Shown: one piece after another, positions 59,071-63,290 of the stretch | How positions within the stretch are numbered: position 1 is the stretch's first letter | Layout of the letters: the number at the start of each line of letters is the position of its first letter | Source of the DNA: SAR202 cluster bacterium | Lineage (GTDB): Bacteria; Chloroflexota; Dehalococcoidia; Lucifugimonadales; UBA6952 | Direction: 5' to 3' | DNA length: 63,290 nt | Assembly: GCA_009392515.1 (NCBI GenBank) | Contig: VFGE01000019.1 | Location: forward strand, 1-63,290 | The notes under the pieces: model-generated | Told to the model about the DNA's origin: nothing | Seen by the model: the letters and a program-made list of their open reading frames with translations, nothing else | Database searches by the model: none | Position numbers and translations under genes: made by a program

Positions 59071-59808
59071 ATTAAAGATTCTCATTATAGCAGAGTTTTG
59101 GTAAAACTTAGTGGAGAGTCTCTAAAAGGAGACTCAAATCTTGGTATTGATTATGAATCCCTAAATTATCTTGCTAATGAATTTAAAGATGCCACAAAGC
59201 TTGGTGTACAAATAGCAGTTGTAATTGGTGGTGGTAATTTCTGGAGAGGACACGAGTGGGAAGCGTTGGGAATGGACAGAGCCACTGCAGATTATACAGG
59301 AATGCTTGCTACATTAATGAATGCCCTTGCACTGCAAGATGCCATCGAAAAAAATGGTATGCAAGTAAGAACCATGTCAGCAATTGACGTTCAAGCAGTC
59401 GCAGAAACTTACATTAGAAGAAAAGCAACAAGTCACTTATTAAAAAAACGTATCGTAATATTCGGCGCTGGTATTGGAGACCCATATATGACTACTGATA
59501 CTGCTGCTGCATTAAGATCAATCGAAATAGGTGCAGATATATTGTGTATGTCCAAAAATCAAGTTGATGGAGTATACGATAGTGATCCAGTTACCAATCC
59601 AAATGCAAAAAAATTTGATAACTTAGAGTATATTGACGCAATTAATTTGCGACTAAAAATTATGGATGGAACTGCTTTATCTTTATGTATGGAAAATGAT
59701 TTGCCTATAGTAGTATTTGATTTATTTAAAAAAGGAAATCTTTCAAAAGTCATTTCAGGTTCAAAAATAGGTACCACTATCTCGAATTCAAAAACTAAAA
59801 ATATTTAA
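59071..59808 (+). CDS. pyrH: Uridylate kinase; probable non-canonical ATT start
   Basis: YSRVLVKLSGE, GGGNFWRG, ADYTGMLAT, TTDTAAALR, DGVYDSDP. The conserved N-terminus extends upstream of TTG 59098. Confidence 0.93.
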   Translation: MKDSHYSRVLVKLSGESLKGDSNLGIDYESLNYLANEFKDATKLGVQIAVVIGGGNFWRGHEWEALGMDRATADYTGMLATLMNALALQDAIEKNGMQVRTMSAIDVQAVAETYIRRKATSHLLKKRIVIFGAGIGDPYMTTDTAAALRSIEIGADILCMSKNQVDGVYDSDPVTNPNAKKFDNLEYIDAINLRLKIMDGTALSLCMENDLPIVVFDLFKKGNLSKVISGSKIGTTISNSKTKNI

Positions 59809-59825
59809 ATGTTTAAGGTATAAAT

Positions 59826-60383
59826 ATGAGCGAACAATTATTAAACGAAACTGATACTAAAATGAATAAAACTATAGATGCTTTAAAAAAAGACTACGGA
59901 GCAGTCAGAACAGGAAAAGCTTCAAGTTCATTAGTCGAAAATATCATAGTAGAATACTATGGATCTAATACCCCTCTATCAAATCTTGCAACTATAAGTA
60001 TTCCAGAAGCTCAACTAATTGTAATTCAACCTTGGGACAAAGAAGCGATTATATCTATTGAAAAAGGTCTACAAAAATCAGATATGGGATTTAATCCTAC
60101 AAATGATGGATCAGTCATTAGAATACCTATTCCCCCTTTAACTGAGGAAAGAAGAAAAGAATTAGTAAAAATAGTAAAAAAACAATCGGAAGATTATAAA
60201 ATTTCTATTAGAAATGTTCGAAGAGACTTTGTGGATCAAATTAAAAATCTTGAAAAGAATAAAGAGATCTCGCAAGATGAATTACACAGATATCAAGAAC
60301 AAGTCCAAAAAACTACTGATAAACACATTGGTGAAATAGATAATATTACTGTGCAAAAAGAAAAAGAAATCATGGAAATATGA
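59826..60383 (+). CDS. frr: Ribosome recycling factor
   Basis: VRTGKA, YYGS.TPL, QPWDK, PPLTEERRKELVK, IRNVRR. Confidence 0.97.
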   Translation: MSEQLLNETDTKMNKTIDALKKDYGAVRTGKASSSLVENIIVEYYGSNTPLSNLATISIPEAQLIVIQPWDKEAIISIEKGLQKSDMGFNPTNDGSVIRIPIPPLTEERRKELVKIVKKQSEDYKISIRNVRRDFVDQIKNLEKNKEISQDELHRYQEQVQKTTDKHIGEIDNITVQKEKEIMEI

Positions 60384-61135
60384 TCAATGAATATCTTAGA
60401 CAATCTGATATACCATCCTTAGAGATTATTCAAGATTTTCAATTAATAGAAAATCAACCTAATCATGTAGCAATAATAATGGACGGAAACGGTAGATGGG
60501 CTACAAATAAAAATCTGCCCAGAATAAATGGGCATAAAGCAGGTATAGCTGCTATATTTCCTCTTATCGATATCGTAATTAATTCCAATATTAAACATTT
60601 GACTTTATATGCATTTTCCACAGAAAATTGGAATAGGCCTAAATCAGAAATTGATGGCTTAATGGACTTACTTGAAGAAGCTATTATGAAAGAAACTGAA
60701 TCAGTCCATACAAAAAATATTAAAATTAACTATATCGGAAATACCAAAAGACTTTCTCATAACTTACAAAAATTAATTAATAACTCTTTAGAAATTACTA
60801 AAAATAATACTGGACTTTCATGCAATATCGCTTTGGATTATGGCGGAAGAGAAGAAATCATACAAGCAATAAAAAACATTATTGATGATAATATAAAAAG
60901 TGTGGATATCAACGAAACACTAATAAATCAATATTTATATACTGCCAATATACCTGACCCTGACCTAATAATCAGAACAGCAGGAGAACAACGAACAAGT
61001 AATTTTTTACCATGGCAATCAGTATATAGTGAATATTTTTCAACAGAAATATTATGGCCTGATTTTAAACCTAATGATTTGTTAAAAGCTGTTCGGTCAT
61101 ACAGTACAAGAAAGAGAAAATACGGAAAATTATAA
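60380..61135 (+). CDS. uppS: Isoprenyl transferase (undecaprenyl diphosphate synthase)
   Basis: HVAIIMDGNGRWA, YAFSTENW.RP, DLIIRTAGEQRTSNF. Confidence 0.96.
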   Translation: MINEYLRQSDIPSLEIIQDFQLIENQPNHVAIIMDGNGRWATNKNLPRINGHKAGIAAIFPLIDIVINSNIKHLTLYAFSTENWNRPKSEIDGLMDLLEEAIMKETESVHTKNIKINYIGNTKRLSHNLQKLINNSLEITKNNTGLSCNIALDYGGREEIIQAIKNIIDDNIKSVDINETLINQYLYTANIPDPDLIIRTAGEQRTSNFLPWQSVYSEYFSTEILWPDFKPNDLLKAVRSYSTRKRKYGKL

Positions 61136-61945
61136 ATGAAAGACAATCGATTTCTTACACGAATGATGTCTGCTTTGGTTGTTTTACCAATATTTTTTGG
61201 TGCAATTTTTCTCGGAGATCCATATCTATTTATTTTTGTAACACTTATAGCAATGTTAGCAATATTTGAATTCATAAAGTTAGTAAAAATATCTCTTTTA
61301 TCCACACAGATTATACTAATATTATTGATGCCAGTAATTTTGACTTTGTTATCAATACCTTCTATTACAAATGATATTATTACTAAAACATTTATCATCA
61401 TAGGTTTAATATCAGGGCTCTATATAATTTTAATTAAATTAGATGTAAATAACCAAATTAAACTTACTTTCTATGGATTATTAGGTTTAATTTATATAAG
61501 TGGGGCCATTATATCTGGATTAAGTATCTATAATAATTATGACATCAGTCTTATTGTAATAATTATGATTGGTATTTTTTTAACTGACACCTCGGCATTC
61601 ATAGTGGGGATTTCATTAGGGAAACATCCATTAGTTAAGAAAATAAGCCCAAATAAAACTATTGAAGGTAGTGTAGGTTCATTTATAATTACAACATTGT
61701 TTTTTATATTTGTTTTTTCTCAGAATTTGGCTATTTTTACAAGTATAGTAACTACAATATTGTTTTCTACAGTGTTAAACATAACTGCACAATTTGGCGA
61801 TATAATTATTTCAACACTAAAAAGAAAAGCTAAAGTAAAAAATACTGGGATAATTATGCCAGGACATGGTGGTTGTTTAGACAGGATAGACTCAATTTTA
61901 TTAAGCCTAATTACTATTAATATTTTGCTCTGGAGCATTATATGA
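61136..61945 (+). CDS. cdsA: Phosphatidate cytidylyltransferase
   Basis: DTSAFIVG, ISPNKTIEG, KRKAKVK, PGHGG.LDRIDS. Confidence 0.93.
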   Translation: MKDNRFLTRMMSALVVLPIFFGAIFLGDPYLFIFVTLIAMLAIFEFIKLVKISLLSTQIILILLMPVILTLLSIPSITNDIITKTFIIIGLISGLYIILIKLDVNNQIKLTFYGLLGLIYISGAIISGLSIYNNYDISLIVIIMIGIFLTDTSAFIVGISLGKHPLVKKISPNKTIEGSVGSFIITTLFFIFVFSQNLAIFTSIVTTILFSTVLNITAQFGDIIISTLKRKAKVKNTGIIMPGHGGCLDRIDSILLSLITINILLWSII

Positions 61946-63063
61946 AAAATATAGTTGTTCTAGGGTCAACTGGCTCTGTTGGTGTCCAAACATTAGATAT
62001 TATAAGAGCTTTTCCAAACGAACTAAATGTAGTTGGTTTAATAGCAAATAATAATACCCAACTACTAAATAAACAAATTGACGAATTCCAGCCTGAATTT
62101 ATTAATTTTAATCAGCAATTAATTAGTCGTGTAGAATTACAAGGAGCAAAACTTGAAAATAATATTAATATTATATCTAACCCAATAGTAGATATAATTG
62201 TTGTCGCAACGCCAAGTTTATACAGCTTGGAGGAAACTTTAGAAGCTTTAAAAATTGGAAAAACAGTTGCATTGGCTAGTAAAGAAATTATCGTTAGTGC
62301 TCAATCATTACTCGAGGAAATCGAAGATGTAAGACAAAAGATATTACCAGTTGATAGTGAACCAAGTGCAATTTGGCAATGTATTGAAAAAGAATCTACT
62401 ATAGCTAATATAATTATAACTGCATCTGGTGGATCATTAAGGAATATCTCTACTGATAAATATGAAAACGTAACACCAGAACAGGTTTTAAATCATCCTG
62501 TATGGTCTATGGGTAATAAAATTACTATTGATTCAGCAACTTTTGCAAATAAAGCTTTCGAAGTTATTGAAGCTAAGTGGTTATTTGATATTGATTATGA
62601 CAAAATATCCGTATTAGTACATCCACAAAGTATTATCCACTCTATAGTGGAATTTAATGATGGCTCCATGAAAGCACAATTAGCAAACCCCGACATGCGA
62701 TTACCCATCCAGCATGCTCTACTCTACCCAGAAAGAAAATCCAATGATCTTGTATCACCATTGAATTTAGCTAAAATTGGCAATCTGGAATTTAACGAAA
62801 CAGATGATCAAAAATACCCATGTTTTAAATTAATTCTTGATGCAGCAAAACTAGGCAAATCTTATCCCGCACTAATATGTGCAACAGATGAAGTGTTAGT
62901 AAATGCTTTTTTAAATCGTCAAATTAAATATACTGATATACCTCGATATCTTGAAAAAATCATTAATCAACATAAGCCGTCTATAATAACCAAAGACACA
63001 ATTATAGAAATTACCAAAGAAACTAGGTACAAAACTTTAGAATTGATAAATAATAAATTATGA
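61942..63063 (+). CDS. dxr: 1-deoxy-D-xylulose-5-phosphate reductoisomerase
   Basis: LGSTGSVG, PVDSE, TASGG, HP.WSMG.KITIDSAT, HPQSIIHS, PDMRLPI. Confidence 0.95.
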   Translation: MKNIVVLGSTGSVGVQTLDIIRAFPNELNVVGLIANNNTQLLNKQIDEFQPEFINFNQQLISRVELQGAKLENNINIISNPIVDIIVVATPSLYSLEETLEALKIGKTVALASKEIIVSAQSLLEEIEDVRQKILPVDSEPSAIWQCIEKESTIANIIITASGGSLRNISTDKYENVTPEQVLNHPVWSMGNKITIDSATFANKAFEVIEAKWLFDIDYDKISVLVHPQSIIHSIVEFNDGSMKAQLANPDMRLPIQHALLYPERKSNDLVSPLNLAKIGNLEFNETDDQKYPCFKLILDAAKLGKSYPALICATDEVLVNAFLNRQIKYTDIPRYLEKIINQHKPSIITKDTIIEITKETRYKTLELINNKL

Positions 63064-63290
63064 ACATAGCTATCTTTATAATATCTTTAGCAATTATTGT
63101 ACTTCTTCATGAACTTGGACATTTTATTGCTGGAAAATTCTTTAAAGTCAAAGTAGAAGAATTCGGTATTGGATTTCCACCAAGGATACTAAAATTAAAA
63201 CACAAAGAAACTATCTATAGTATAAATTCTATTCCTCTAGGGGGATTTGTAAAATTTTCAGGTGAAGATAATCCAAATGATCCTCAAAGC
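63060..63290 (+). CDS. rseP: RIP metalloprotease RseP (M50), 3'-truncated and absent from the ORF track
   Basis: My translation: MNIAIFIISLAIIVLLHELGHFIAGKFFKVKVEEFGIGFPP...IPLGGFVK; HEXXH motif; follows dxr. Confidence 0.93.
   Translation, partial: MNIAIFIISLAIIVLLHELGHFIAGKFFKVKVEEFGIGFPPRILKLKHKETIYSINSIPLGGFVKFSGEDNPNDPQS

Noticed and set aside
326..61938. Many short antisense or out-of-frame ORFs in the six-frame track (e.g. 932..1288, 19167..19616, 20797..21264, 60928..61401)
   Set aside because: They are shadows of well-supported genes, with no recognisable motifs or initiation signals.

Overview
AT-rich, gene-dense bacterial chromosomal segment (about 30% GC by eye). Gene style and content suggest a streamlined marine Chloroflexota of the Dehalococcoidia/SAR202 type; this is inferred, not proven. 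Most of the window is housekeeping: leuS, ybeY-dnaX-ybaB-recR-recO, biotin carboxylase and carrier, tmk, pdxST, uvrA, an SbcC/Rad50-like ATPase, ffh, dnaG-rpoD, ppdK, a cysteine desulfurase and rpsB-tsf-pyrH-frr-uppS-cdsA-dxr-rseP. Catabolic genes of unknown substrate are interleaved: two MmgE/PrpD paralogs, ETF, family I and III CoA-transferases, and a block encoding a 2-hydroxyacid oxidase, an atypical enolase-superfamily enzyme, hydantoinase A, a D-2-hydroxyacid dehydrogenase, an OCD/mu-crystallin protein and an M20 amidohydrolase. There is also a GldA/F/G-like ABC module with a DUF4340-like gene. I found no tRNA, rRNA, CRISPR array, prophage or IS element. The most unusual signals concern translation and regulation: a probable ATT start for pyrH, a tandem-repeat acidic tail on ribosomal protein S2, candidate leaderless genes, strong Shine-Dalgarno sites concentrated on catabolic genes, and several operator-like repeats. 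No clearly new multi-gene system can be proven from sequence alone.
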